Assembly (NCBI GenBank): GCA_027592105.1
Contig: JAQCLA010000001.1
Span: 1-56,015 of the forward strand
From: Pseudomonadota bacterium
GTDB taxonomy: Bacteria; Pseudomonadota; Alphaproteobacteria; Rhodobacterales; Rhodobacteraceae
DNA: 56,015 nucleotides
Direction: 5' to 3'
In this document: positions 38,066 through 47,268 of the stretch, in pieces
How the letters are laid out: each line of letters starts with the position of its first letter
How positions within the stretch are numbered: position 1 is the stretch's first letter
The notes under the pieces: model-generated
Seen by the model: only the letters and a program-made list of their open reading frames with translations
Database searches by the model: none
What the model was told of the DNA's origin: nothing
Program-made: the position numbers and the translations under genes

Positions 38066-38949
38066 TCACGCTTTACGAAAACTTGCGCACCATCGTTTAC
38101 GCGCCATTCTATTTGGCGGATCTGCGCGGCTATTGGGCAGATCAAGGGCTAGCAGTGAACATCCAGCTATCGCCCGACCCGGTCGAAACCGCGGAGGGGC
38201 TCTTGGCAGGGAGGGCCGATATTTCTTGGGGCGGGCCAATGCGGGTGATGTTGCATCACGAGCGTGACATTGATTGTCCGCTCGTGGCCTTTGGTCAGAT
38301 CGTTGCGCGTGACCCTTTCGTGTTGATCGGACGCAAGCCCAACCCAGCGTTTCGGTTTGAGGATCTGCGCGGTCTCCGCCTTGGCATTGCCCATGAAGTC
38401 CCGACACCATGGATGACGTTTCAAGATGATCTAAGCCGCGCCGGCATCGATATCAGCGCGCTGAGCCTGTCGGCACCAGCACCAATGACGACCGCGGTAG
38501 CGCGCTTGGCTGCGGGTGATATCGACGTAGTGCAAGTTCTCGAACCTTATGCATCAACCGCGGTGGCGCAGGGTGTCGGGCATATCTGGCATCGCTTCGC
38601 CAGCCGCGGTGATATCGGCTATACAAGCTTTTATACCACGCGCAGCTATCTTGGCGCCAATCGTGGGACATGCGCTGCCCTGCTGGCGGGCATCGCGCCC
38701 GCTTTGCATGCGGTCAATACGGCCGTCCCCGACGCGCTTGCCGCTGAACTTGCGCATCTATTCCCAACTGTGCCGCCTGCAATCCTGAGCGCGGCGATCG
38801 GGGGCTACCAAACCTCTGGCCTTTGGGCGCGTGATACCATGCTCCCAGCTGCCGCTTTTTTACGCCTGAAAGCCGCTTTGCTATCAGGCGGACTGATCTC
38901 TCGCGACATCCCCTATGACCATGTGATTGCCCAAATGGAGGCCAAATGA
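38062..38949 (+). CDS. NMT1/SsuA-type binding-fold protein without a signal peptide
   Basis: YAPFYLA..GYW..QGL, FEDLRG, LEPY; the N-terminus is immediately mature-like and no ABC permease or ATPase is nearby. Confidence 0.75.
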   Translation: MITLYENLRTIVYAPFYLADLRGYWADQGLAVNIQLSPDPVETAEGLLAGRADISWGGPMRVMLHHERDIDCPLVAFGQIVARDPFVLIGRKPNPAFRFEDLRGLRLGIAHEVPTPWMTFQDDLSRAGIDISALSLSAPAPMTTAVARLAAGDIDVVQVLEPYASTAVAQGVGHIWHRFASRGDIGYTSFYTTRSYLGANRGTCAALLAGIAPALHAVNTAVPDALAAELAHLFPTVPPAILSAAIGGYQTSGLWARDTMLPAAAFLRLKAALLSGGLISRDIPYDHVIAQMEAK

Positions 38950-39923
38950 ACAACGCTGTCCCCATCATCGATATCGCACCTTTTCTGTCTGGTGAACCGC
39001 AAGGTAAGGCGGCTGTAGCGCTCGCAGTCGCGAAGGCCGCACGCGATATCGGTTTCGTCGTAATTTCCGGCCATAGCATTGCACAGGACCGGTTCGACGC
39101 TGTGTTCGAAAAGGGGTTTGCCTTTTTCGATCTTCCAGAGGACGAAAAGGCAAAATGGCATCCGACCGGGCCGGCGAAACAACGCGGCTATCACGGCGTA
39201 GCGACCCGAGGGCTTTCGGCAACCTTGGGAAAAGATGCACCAAAAGATTTGCGTGAAAGCTTATTTCTGGGTCCTGTCGATGATCACGCGGCGGCATTCT
39301 CTCATATTCCTGAAGCCGCAACCGCCTATGCGCCGAACCTCATCCCTGACATGCCGGCAGGTTTCGACAAGGCCCTGACCGATCTTTATCGCGCGTTCGA
39401 AGGGTTGTCTGCAGATCTCTTACGGATCTTCGCGGTCGCCGCTGACATGCCCGAAGACTATTTCATGCCACTGATCGGCAAGCATTTCTCAGTCATGTCG
39501 GCGCATCATTACCCGGCACTGACTGAGCCACCCTTGCCGGGCCAACTGCGGACTGGGGCGCATACCGACTACGGCGCGATGACAATTCTGGCGATGACCG
39601 GGGCCAAAGGTGGGCTCGAGGTCGCCTGCAATGGCGCATGGCTGCCCGTAGTGGCACCCAAAGGAACGTTGGTGGTCAATCTGGGTGACATGATGCAACG
39701 TTGGACCAACGATAAATGGGTTTCGACCTTACACCGTGTCGTGGTTCCCGAAAGCCTCAACGACGCTATGTCGCGTCGCATGTCGATCGGCTATTTCATG
39801 CATCCCGATTATGATGCGCGGATCGAGTGCCTTCCCAGCTGTCTCGGCGAAGGTGCGCGCCACCCTCCAATCAGTGCGGGAGGGCATATAAAGGCAAAGA
39901 TCGAAGCATCTCACGGCAATTAG
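38946..39923 (+). CDS. 2OG-Fe(II) oxygenase, isopenicillin N synthase family
   Basis: VPIIDI, GAHTDYG, NLGDMMQRWTND, STLHRV, RMSIGYF (HxD..H and RxS). Confidence 0.9.
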   Translation: MNNAVPIIDIAPFLSGEPQGKAAVALAVAKAARDIGFVVISGHSIAQDRFDAVFEKGFAFFDLPEDEKAKWHPTGPAKQRGYHGVATRGLSATLGKDAPKDLRESLFLGPVDDHAAAFSHIPEAATAYAPNLIPDMPAGFDKALTDLYRAFEGLSADLLRIFAVAADMPEDYFMPLIGKHFSVMSAHHYPALTEPPLPGQLRTGAHTDYGAMTILAMTGAKGGLEVACNGAWLPVVAPKGTLVVNLGDMMQRWTNDKWVSTLHRVVVPESLNDAMSRRMSIGYFMHPDYDARIECLPSCLGEGARHPPISAGGHIKAKIEASHGN

Positions 39924-40084
39924 ACAATGATACAGCTACAGGGTGCCAACTAATTAGCGTAATTGCAAAGCGCTTTGTAGCTGATTTGATCATATGACCG
40001 TTATTTTCTGTGGTTACGAAGTAAACCTGTCACTCAATGTTGGCTTAATGGCCGTTTTCCAATCAACCTTGTGAAAATGTTTCG

Positions 40085-40492
40085 TTAATTGTAGTCGCTG
40101 AAATTTTTGTACAACTGCAAATTGTCACCGAACCATTCACTCTCAGGCCCAAAAGTGTAGGTGCCTTGGCCTGTACGTTTGTTATCCTTCCACTCACCAA
40201 CGTATATGTCGCCATTGGCATAAGTGATGGTGCCTTGGCCGTTCGCTTGGTCGTCCAGCCACTCACCAACGTAGATGTTGCCATTGGCAGAGGTAAAGGT
40301 ACCTTGGCCGTTACGTTGATCGTCTTTAAACTCACCGACGTATATATCGCCATTGGCAGAGGTGTGGGTGCCAACACAGTTTGACCAAGTTAGGTTTGGA
40401 TTGGAGGGGCAGTTCGGCAAAGCCCACGCCTCAGAAGCACTCAACATGAGTGCTGCACAGATTAGACCTGTCTGGGTGGTTAGGTGTCTCAT
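40085..40492 (-). CDS. secreted MORN-repeat protein, possibly truncated
   Basis: Signal peptide (AWA-LPNCP) and three 23-aa repeats G(D/N)IYVGE(W/F)xxxxxxGQGT; ends abruptly in AT-rich DNA. Confidence 0.75.
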   Translation of the reverse strand: MRHLTTQTGLICAALMLSASEAWALPNCPSNPNLTWSNCVGTHTSANGDIYVGEFKDDQRNGQGTFTSANGNIYVGEWLDDQANGQGTITYANGDIYVGEWKDNKRTGQGTYTFGPESEWFGDNLQLYKNFSDYN

Positions 40493-40973
40493 GGAAATAG
40501 GCTAGCATGCAGTCTTGGGTCTGTGGAGTCAGTTTGGGGGTACAAAAAAGCACGCTCTGGCTTCAACTCTCAGCTTAAGCTCGTGGGTCGAACGAAGCAA
40601 AGGTGATCGCCTGAGTGGAATATCATGCAAGGCGATCTTAGGGTCCCCTACTGAAATAGGGGGAACCCCCGAGTGGGGTCTCAGCGAAGTACCACCTGAC
40701 GTACATGGGCTGCCCGTGGCGCGATCCTCACGCCAGATTTGGCGGGCAACTCGTGTTTTCACAGGCTTCCATACCCAGAAGGCAACATGGCCCCTGAATC
40801 GCTGAAAATTGGCTCCAATCGCGCTATGCCAGTTTTGGTCGGCACGATGCCATCGTTCGAGCAGAATGCCATGTAAGGTGAACCTCACGAGGTTACGCCA
40901 TTTCACCCCCCTCCCCCCGGGTGGGGTCTGGAAGAGGCGGTGTCAGAAAGAAAGGGGGGGGGCGCCGGTCGAA

Positions 40974-41102
40974 ATGAAGCGCAAACATAACGCGGCAATC
41001 AAAGTGGCAATTTTAAGATGGCGCAAGGCGGAAGCGCACCGAGACGCAACTGCAAGTCATTAATAATTTATAATAAAATTTGGTTGCGGGGGCAGACAAC
41101 CG
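40974..41102. mobile_element. att-like integration scar (right boundary of the catabolic island)
   Basis: TGGTTGCGGGGGCAG (41081-41095) is the reverse complement of the tRNA-fMet 3' end; the upstream 107 bp is colinear with 68-176. Confidence 0.78.
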
Positions 41103-41142
41103 TCGTCAGTTGCCGGCTCCAGCCTGCCTGGTCTGAAACAGC

Positions 41143-41167
41143 CCTGCGGCCTTCAGGTTATGAGCCT
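41143..41167 (-). pseudogene. tRNA-fMet internal fragment (anticodon arm to T-stem)
   Basis: The minus strand reads AGGCTCATAACCTGAAGGCCGCAGG with a CAT anticodon; the 5' half and T-loop are absent. Confidence 0.8.
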
Positions 41168-41247
41168 ATACCCCAACGATTCCAATAACTTAGGGAAATC
41201 AGGCATTTAGCCAATAAGCCTTTGTTATCCTGAAATTTGTGACCCGG

Positions 41248-41325
41248 CATTCAGCCGCATTCACCAACATTCAGGCGCAAACCCGGCGCGAAACCCGCAT
41301 TCGCGGGTTGATGTGGCGTTGATGT
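41248..41325. repeat. phased short direct repeats next to the att site
   Basis: CATTCA at 41248, 41258 and 41268; GTTGATGT at 41307 and 41318; AACCCGC/GCGGGTT inverted repeat. Confidence 0.6.
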
Positions 41326-41365
41326 AGCCGTTTGCCCTGCGCCCGCGGATCTACATCTCGGACCT

Positions 41366-42712
41366 TCATTTTCTGTGCTCCTCGAGCCCCAGCTCAACCC
41401 ACATCCAAGCAAAATCGTAATCTGCAATCGGGCTGTCGTCTTGTTTAGCGCTCCGGTTCTCGAGAAGTTTCAGCCACTCGATAACCTTCGCCCGCCCGGC
41501 CGCACTCCGCGTCGCCTGTCGAGGTGATTTGTCGCCCAGCGCTGGAAGCGGCGTGTCCAGCGCCTCACGATAATGCTTGTCCATGTAGTCATGAGTGATC
41601 TGCCTGGCGATCTCGGGCGGGACTTCGTCCGCCTCACGGCTGACAGGCTGCGTTTCGCGCTCGGCGAGCATCTGTGCGATAGTGCGGATCGATGTCAGCG
41701 GCGGCTTCAAAAGGTCCCCAGCGGCACCCACAATCAGTTCCTGGACCCGAGCGGCGCGGGCTTGCGAGTTGACCGAGACCATCAGCGCCCTGCCCTTTAT
41801 CTCTAGCCCCGCCAGTACGGTTCCACCCTCCATCTGCGTATCAAGGATCAGGTCGCCAGCTGCCCTGCCCTTGCCCGCCGGGCGCGGTTCGATCCAGTTC
41901 CAGAATGTTGCGCTGGCGGGGAAGAGACCCGGGATCCGATCAAGGCGCTGGACAAGCTTCTTTTGGGTCGTACTGGCCTTCAGCACAAACCGCATGTCGT
42001 GGAACAGGACCTCGTTACCATCCGAGTTGCAGTAACTGCGCTCGGGCGGCGCAAGCAAACGCGGGATTTCTGTGAGCAGCCAAGCGCTGGTGAAAATCGG
42101 AGCGCATTCGTGGAGTTGCTCGGTCGACAGCGTCAGTGGCGCGCGTTTGCCAACCCGCATGGCCTCCCGCAGCATTGGGCCCAGGAGTTCGAAGGCCTCG
42201 GCAGAAAACGGCAGCACTGCTCCCGAGATCACATGGTGATCTCGCTCGGGCACCACACGAACCGCGATCCTGTCCCACTGCCGCAACGACTGGGTCGCTG
42301 ATTTCTCACGCACTGTGACTGCCGGTCCACCGCGAAGGATGTCTCGAACAACCATCGACGCTCCCGGCTTCACATCGCTGACCTCGTGCAAGCTGATGGG
42401 GGTGTCGCGCAGGGCCGCGAAGTAGGCCCGGTTCAAAACGGCTTCCTTCCATCCGCGCCGCTTCAGATAGAGATCGACGATATTCTCGCCTTCCGGCCCA
42501 AAGCGGCGCCCGAGAAAATCCTCGAAACCACAGCCCCAGAGGGCGCCCGATGCTGGTTCACCGAGCCCGTCGGCCAGGTCCTCACGATCAATATAGAAGG
42601 CCTCCAAGGCCGCGTCGAGATGCTCATCGATAACCGACTGCAACCTCTCGCCCCATCCCTGCTCACGCCTGATGAAGGCGAGAAGCCCCGATATATCGTT
42701 CCGCTCCGCCAA
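41366..42712 (-). CDS. hypothetical protein with an MbcA/ParS/Xre-like C-terminal motif
   Basis: Long ORF with normal amino-acid composition; probable TTG start at 42712 after GAGG; C-terminal LDTPLPALGDKSPRQA. Confidence 0.65.
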   Translation of the reverse strand: MAERNDISGLLAFIRREQGWGERLQSVIDEHLDAALEAFYIDREDLADGLGEPASGALWGCGFEDFLGRRFGPEGENIVDLYLKRRGWKEAVLNRAYFAALRDTPISLHEVSDVKPGASMVVRDILRGGPAVTVREKSATQSLRQWDRIAVRVVPERDHHVISGAVLPFSAEAFELLGPMLREAMRVGKRAPLTLSTEQLHECAPIFTSAWLLTEIPRLLAPPERSYCNSDGNEVLFHDMRFVLKASTTQKKLVQRLDRIPGLFPASATFWNWIEPRPAGKGRAAGDLILDTQMEGGTVLAGLEIKGRALMVSVNSQARAARVQELIVGAAGDLLKPPLTSIRTIAQMLAERETQPVSREADEVPPEIARQITHDYMDKHYREALDTPLPALGDKSPRQATRSAAGRAKVIEWLKLLENRSAKQDDSPIADYDFAWMWVELGLEEHRK

Positions 42713-43083
42713 CCTAACCTCAACCGAATCCGTTTCAATACCGAATAGCATCTGTCCGGCATGCAGGACCAGCGCCCCCCGAGATCGACGTGTTCGGCCC
42801 ACTGCCGCCGTCCAACCACCGACCGGAATGCTGCAGCTGCAGCCCTTATTCGCGACATTCGCCGCGAGCGCGAATTCAGTAGGTGGCCGAATTCCCAGGT
42901 CGCGGACGAACCGCCATTTCGCCGCAATTGCTTCAACGGCGGTTTTCGAGAACCAGTAAATTTTGTCAGATGATCAAGTTACGCATTTAGCAAGCGCTCC
43001 GTGTTGGCAGGATCGTGTGTCGGAAACATGATCGTACCGAACGCCTCGTACTGCTCTTTCAACATTTGTGCGCTCCCAACTGC

Positions 43084-43413
43084 TTAGGAATGACTTTCGT
43101 CGATGCCGCCGATTTCGCCGGTCTGTATCTGATCCGATGAAAAGGCTGCATCACCAACGATGCAAACGCTCTTGCATTCATCTTCGATCAGGACGGATTG
43201 GTGGCCGCATGCATGGCCTGGCGTCGGAATGAGGGAGACCGAACCGTCCTCGGTAATGGGCATTGTGCGGGCAAAGACGCCCCTTACACGCGCATCGTAG
43301 GCCACTGGCGCGAAGATGATGCCGGTCGGCAGCCGGCACATGAGTGAGGGAAACAGCGCGCCGAAGAGCGCCTTGAGACCTGCATCCGCGTTCGCATCTC
43401 CCTGCCTAAACAA
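43084..43413 (-). pseudogene. C-terminal remnant of a metallo-beta-lactamase-fold (AHL lactonase-like) gene
   Basis: LIPTPGHACGHQSV and IVGDAAF are present, but the N-terminal HxHxDH region is absent. Confidence 0.65.
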
Positions 43414-44221
43414 CCAAGCCTAGGTCTTGAAGATAGGCGAAGCCCTTCGGGATGTCCGATTTGCAGCGCAGTTCCAAAACAAGGTGGGGTTCTGCTGTGA
43501 GTTCACGCAGGGCCCGAAAGACTTCGTGCCAATGGATCTCGCCTTCGCCAGGTGCCCAGTGGCGATCTGCGTGACCATCCAGGTCTTGAAGGTGAACATG
43601 GCAAAGCTGGGCACCTGCGTCGCGGATGAAGTAATCCACCGGCGGTGCACCGGACATACGGCGAGCAAGATGAGCGTGGCCTGTGTCGATCGACAATGCA
43701 ATGGCATCAGAGCCGAAGGTATCCACCATCATGCGGCGGCTCGCGGGGTCCACGTCGAGGATGTTTTCGATGACCAAGGTAATCCCCTTGTCCTCTGCTG
43801 CTGCCACAACGGGGGCCATGATCTGGTGAATGCGGTCCAGCTTGGTTTCATCATAGTCGGGTTTCGCCAAACGGTTCCATTGATACCAGCGGGTGTACGG
43901 CGAATGCAGCACCATTTGCCGCGCACCGATACGGTCTGCGGCCTCTAGTGCCTTGAGGAAACGGGCAGTGATCAGCGGCTGCAGTTCAGGGTCCTTGTTG
44001 TCCATGTCCAAACCTTCAAAGGGGCCATGGATACCCAGACGCCCTTGATGCCCGTCGAGCGCGGCCTTGGCTGCTGCGATGCGGTCGTCAAACGCGGTGG
44101 TCAGCCCTTTAAAGCTGCCAAAATCCTGCAATTCGATGTCGCGGTCCGCGCCAAACAACCAGTCCCGGTGGTCAGCGATTTCAGCGGCGGTCAGGCAGGC
44201 GCCGATCTTGAGCGGTTGCAT
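43406..44221 (-). CDS. sugar-phosphate isomerase/epimerase / AP endonuclease 2 TIM-barrel metalloprotein
   Basis: GIHGPF, MVLHS, VIENI, IDTGHAH, HVHLQD, DRHWAPGEG, VLE. Confidence 0.88.
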   Translation of the reverse strand: MQPLKIGACLTAAEIADHRDWLFGADRDIELQDFGSFKGLTTAFDDRIAAAKAALDGHQGRLGIHGPFEGLDMDNKDPELQPLITARFLKALEAADRIGARQMVLHSPYTRWYQWNRLAKPDYDETKLDRIHQIMAPVVAAAEDKGITLVIENILDVDPASRRMMVDTFGSDAIALSIDTGHAHLARRMSGAPPVDYFIRDAGAQLCHVHLQDLDGHADRHWAPGEGEIHWHEVFRALRELTAEPHLVLELRCKSDIPKGFAYLQDLGLVV

Positions 44222-45404
44222 GCTGTGGTCTCCTTGGATCTGGAATCAGGACATAGGTGGCAATTGCAATAGACAGGCAAAGGGACATGGCCAAAAAGCT
44301 GTACCAGCCGCCAAATGTCTGTGTGGTCCATGCAAAGACGAAGGGGGCCGAGGCGTTCACCCCCATTTGGACAAAAGAAATCCAGCCGAGCCGCGCGCCG
44401 TAGCCTTTTGCGCCAAACAGCGCGAGCGGCAACGTGCCCCGTGCGATGGTCTTGATCCCGTCGCCCATGCCATAGAGTGCGGCGGCGGCAATGACGCCCG
44501 GCAGGGTGAAACCGAAGGTCAGCAAGGTCAGGAACCCCGCCATCATCAACCCGAGCGCCAGCGGATATGTCACCAGCGGATACATGTTCCGGCTGACCAG
44601 CATCTCAAAGAACCGGCCGACCGTCTTGAACGGACCGATCACCGCCCCCGCGAGCGCCGCCATCGCCGCGGTATGGCCAAGGTCTTGGACGTTCGTAACC
44701 CAGAGCGTCATCACCGCCCCCATCAGGTAGCCCGAGAAGATGAAGGAGATAACCATCCATAGCATCCCGCGCTTGCGGGTCTCTCCGGTCAGTTCCGGCC
44801 ACTGGGTCTGGTCGGGCTTGGGGGCATCGGGGTCTTTGAGCGCTCCGCGCAGGCCAAAGTAATGGAGGGGAACACAGGTCAGCAAATAGGCAAGGCCAAG
44901 GATCACCCAAGTCGTCTGCCAGCCAAAGCCATTGAAGATCCAAAACGTCAGCGGCCAGAAAATCGTCGATGCAACGCCGCCAAACAGCGTAATGATCGAA
45001 ATCGAACGCGGCGTTGGCACCGTCAGGTCAAGCCGCGCAACGGCTGCAAAAGCGACATTATAAAGCACAAACATCGCCCCTGCCTCGACCAAGAGGATCA
45101 CGGCAAACAGGCTTATGAGACCTTCCACCTTTCCCAGTAGCATAAGCGCCAATCCCGCCGCCAATGATCCAAACGTCATCACCAGGCGACCGCCGAAGCG
45201 GTCGGCCAGTTTGCCAGCAATCGGGGCGAGAAATCCACCAAAGAACAACGCCATCGACAGGACCCCGAAAATCGTGGTCAGCGACATGTCGAGATCACGC
45301 GCCATCTCGGGCAACAGAATCGCATAGGCATAGTACAGCGCGCCGTAGCCCATGATTTGGGTGATCCCGAGTGTGATCGCAGGGATGTAATCGCGGTGGA
45401 TCAC
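44181..45404 (-). CDS. MFS transporter (resembles the ArsK-like subfamily)
   Basis: About 12 TM segments; LGITQIMGYGALYY, GKLADRFGGR, FGGVASTIFWP, ARGTLPLALFG. GTG start at 45404 overlaps the phnM stop. Confidence 0.85.
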   Translation of the reverse strand: MIHRDYIPAITLGITQIMGYGALYYAYAILLPEMARDLDMSLTTIFGVLSMALFFGGFLAPIAGKLADRFGGRLVMTFGSLAAGLALMLLGKVEGLISLFAVILLVEAGAMFVLYNVAFAAVARLDLTVPTPRSISIITLFGGVASTIFWPLTFWIFNGFGWQTTWVILGLAYLLTCVPLHYFGLRGALKDPDAPKPDQTQWPELTGETRKRGMLWMVISFIFSGYLMGAVMTLWVTNVQDLGHTAAMAALAGAVIGPFKTVGRFFEMLVSRNMYPLVTYPLALGLMMAGFLTLLTFGFTLPGVIAAAALYGMGDGIKTIARGTLPLALFGAKGYGARLGWISFVQMGVNASAPFVFAWTTQTFGGWYSFLAMSLCLSIAIATYVLIPDPRRPQHATAQDRRLPDRR

Positions 45405-46606
45405 CCCGCAGGAAACCCGCGATAGGCTTGGCGTCCAGCGACCCATGTGCCTTGGATTGCGGGTGCCTGACAGTCGGGCCAATCGACAAGCACAAGGTCG
45501 GCGCGTTTGCCTTGCGCGATTTCGCCGCGGTCGGTCAGACCCATCGCCTTGGCCGGACCGGAGGAGACGAGTGACCAGATCGTGGAGCGGTTCGCACGTT
45601 TTTCGGCGTCCAGCTTCGCCACCGCAGAGAGCATCGCCGGATAGAAATAATCGGATGCCAGCGCGTCACAAAGCCCCGCTTCGACCATATCGCCAGCCCC
45701 GAGCGAGCCGATATGGCTGCCGCCGCGCGCGGCATTGGGAGAGCCGAAGATGATTGCATCGCCGTTGTCGCGGGCCGCTTGGGCCGCCTCGATTACCATC
45801 GGGAATTCGGCTGTCGTCGCGCCAAGATCGCGGAAATAACGGCGTGTTTCGGCCTTGGTATCGTCATGGCTGAGCATAGGCGCCCCGGCCTTGCGGCCCA
45901 GTTCGGCTACCTTTGCAATGGTCTTTGGCACATCGCTGCGGCGGTCCCAGACCTTGCCCAGCAGCTTCAGATAGGCCTCTTCGGAAATGCCCGACCGATC
46001 CGCCTTTTTCGCAGTGCGCTGGCGCATCCGGTCATCATCAAGACTGGCGATCTTGAAATCCGGCGAGAATTCAAACTCACGGTCCTGCATGGGCACGTCA
46101 TAGGCACGCATGGTCATCGAGGTGTGATCGTTGAACGCCAGAGAGGGCGTCAGTGGGGCCTGCAGGGCCCATTTAATCGTTTCAAGCGCCTCAAAGGCAA
46201 AGGTTTCCCACCTCAGTTGGATACGGTTCTCGACCATCAGACGGGGGGCAAGGCGCTGGATCGCTTCCATAAGGTCGCGCCCGCGGGCAACGTCGCGCAG
46301 GCCGGGTTCCCACCCCAAAGTGATGGCGTGATAGGCGGTGGCGATCCCGTTGCTGGCCAATTGGCGATCCGTATCGATCACCGCCGCATCTATAGGGAAG
46401 AATACGTTGGGACGCGGCATCACCTGACGCTCGAACGCGTCGCCGTGGACGTCGATCATGGCTGGGGCAAGGATGCGGCCGCGCGCGTCGATGACCTCAC
46501 CTTGAACAGGGCCACCGATTTCCGCGATCATGCCGTCTGCAACGGTCACTGTGGTTTCAACGATCTCTTGTGGCAGATAGACCGTAACACCTTGAAAAGT
46601 GATCAC
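45401..46606 (-). CDS. phnM: alpha-D-ribose 1-methylphosphonate 5-triphosphate diphosphatase
   Basis: DVHGDAFE..MPRP, FNDH, LSHDD, AEFP, GSPNAARGGSH, LASDY, DRGEIAQGKRADL. Confidence 0.9.
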   Translation of the reverse strand: MITFQGVTVYLPQEIVETTVTVADGMIAEIGGPVQGEVIDARGRILAPAMIDVHGDAFERQVMPRPNVFFPIDAAVIDTDRQLASNGIATAYHAITLGWEPGLRDVARGRDLMEAIQRLAPRLMVENRIQLRWETFAFEALETIKWALQAPLTPSLAFNDHTSMTMRAYDVPMQDREFEFSPDFKIASLDDDRMRQRTAKKADRSGISEEAYLKLLGKVWDRRSDVPKTIAKVAELGRKAGAPMLSHDDTKAETRRYFRDLGATTAEFPMVIEAAQAARDNGDAIIFGSPNAARGGSHIGSLGAGDMVEAGLCDALASDYFYPAMLSAVAKLDAEKRANRSTIWSLVSSGPAKAMGLTDRGEIAQGKRADLVLVDWPDCQAPAIQGTWVAGRQAYRGFPAG

Positions 46607-47268
46607 TCAGGTCGCTCCATAATCAGGTGCCATCGACCGCCTGGCGCGCCGTCCAGCAGGTCGCTTTCCAAGCGAAGAACGTCGAACTCACCAAACAAAC
46701 GGATCACATCTGTGCTGCCACAGAAATGATGCGGGTGGCGTTTGTCACCTTCATCGTCCTCAAAGACCCATGTATTGCGGGAAATTTCGCGCCCGCCCGG
46801 TAGTTTCGACTGCGTCAAGGCGAGACCGCGTAAGGTCAGCATCGTGCCTTGATACGTCCCGCCGGGGCGCAGGATGCGGAAAATCTCGTTGATTGTCCGC
46901 TGCATGATTTCCTCATCAGCGTGATATACGACGTTGAACGCCAGCACGTGGTCAAAAGAGCCGTCATCAAATGGCAATGCATCCATTTTGCCAAGACGTG
47001 TCTCGATGGACAGTCCCATGCTGGCCGCTTTGCGTGTGAGTTCGGCCAAGCCGTCTTCGGCTGCGTCAAGCCCCGTGGCCTGATGCCCCATGGCCGCATA
47101 CATCAGCGCATGCCGCCCGATCCCGCACCCAAGATCCAGAACCCGAGAGGAAGGGGCCAGAGCTTTCGCATATTCGGCGATGCGGTCTTCGGGTTGTTCC
47201 CAGTCCTCACGTTTGGCCGCGTCATTCCAAGCATCATTCCAATAGGCATGTGCCGTGTCGGTCTTCAT
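46603..47268 (-). CDS. class I SAM-dependent methyltransferase
   Basis: VLDLGCGIGRH, LPFDDGSFDHVLAFNVVYH, ILRPGG. Confidence 0.9.
   Translation of the reverse strand: MKTDTAHAYWNDAWNDAAKREDWEQPEDRIAEYAKALAPSSRVLDLGCGIGRHALMYAAMGHQATGLDAAEDGLAELTRKAASMGLSIETRLGKMDALPFDDGSFDHVLAFNVVYHADEEIMQRTINEIFRILRPGGTYQGTMLTLRGLALTQSKLPGGREISRNTWVFEDDEGDKRHPHHFCGSTDVIRLFGEFDVLRLESDLLDGAPGGRWHLIMERPE

Noticed and set aside
38062-38949. THI5 thiamine pyrimidine synthase
   Set aside because: No CCCxC motif and no thiamine genes or TPP riboswitch are evident.
38946-39923. Beta-lactam or other secondary-metabolite biosynthesis
   Set aside because: No NRPS, PKS or ligase is present; the context is importer plus hydrolases.
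40150-40370. 69-bp periodic repeats as a CRISPR array
   Set aside because: They are in-frame degenerate MORN coding repeats with no spacers and no cas genes.
41081-41167. Functional or intron-containing tRNA-Met
   Set aside because: The 5' half and T-loop are missing, so it cannot fold into a cloverleaf.
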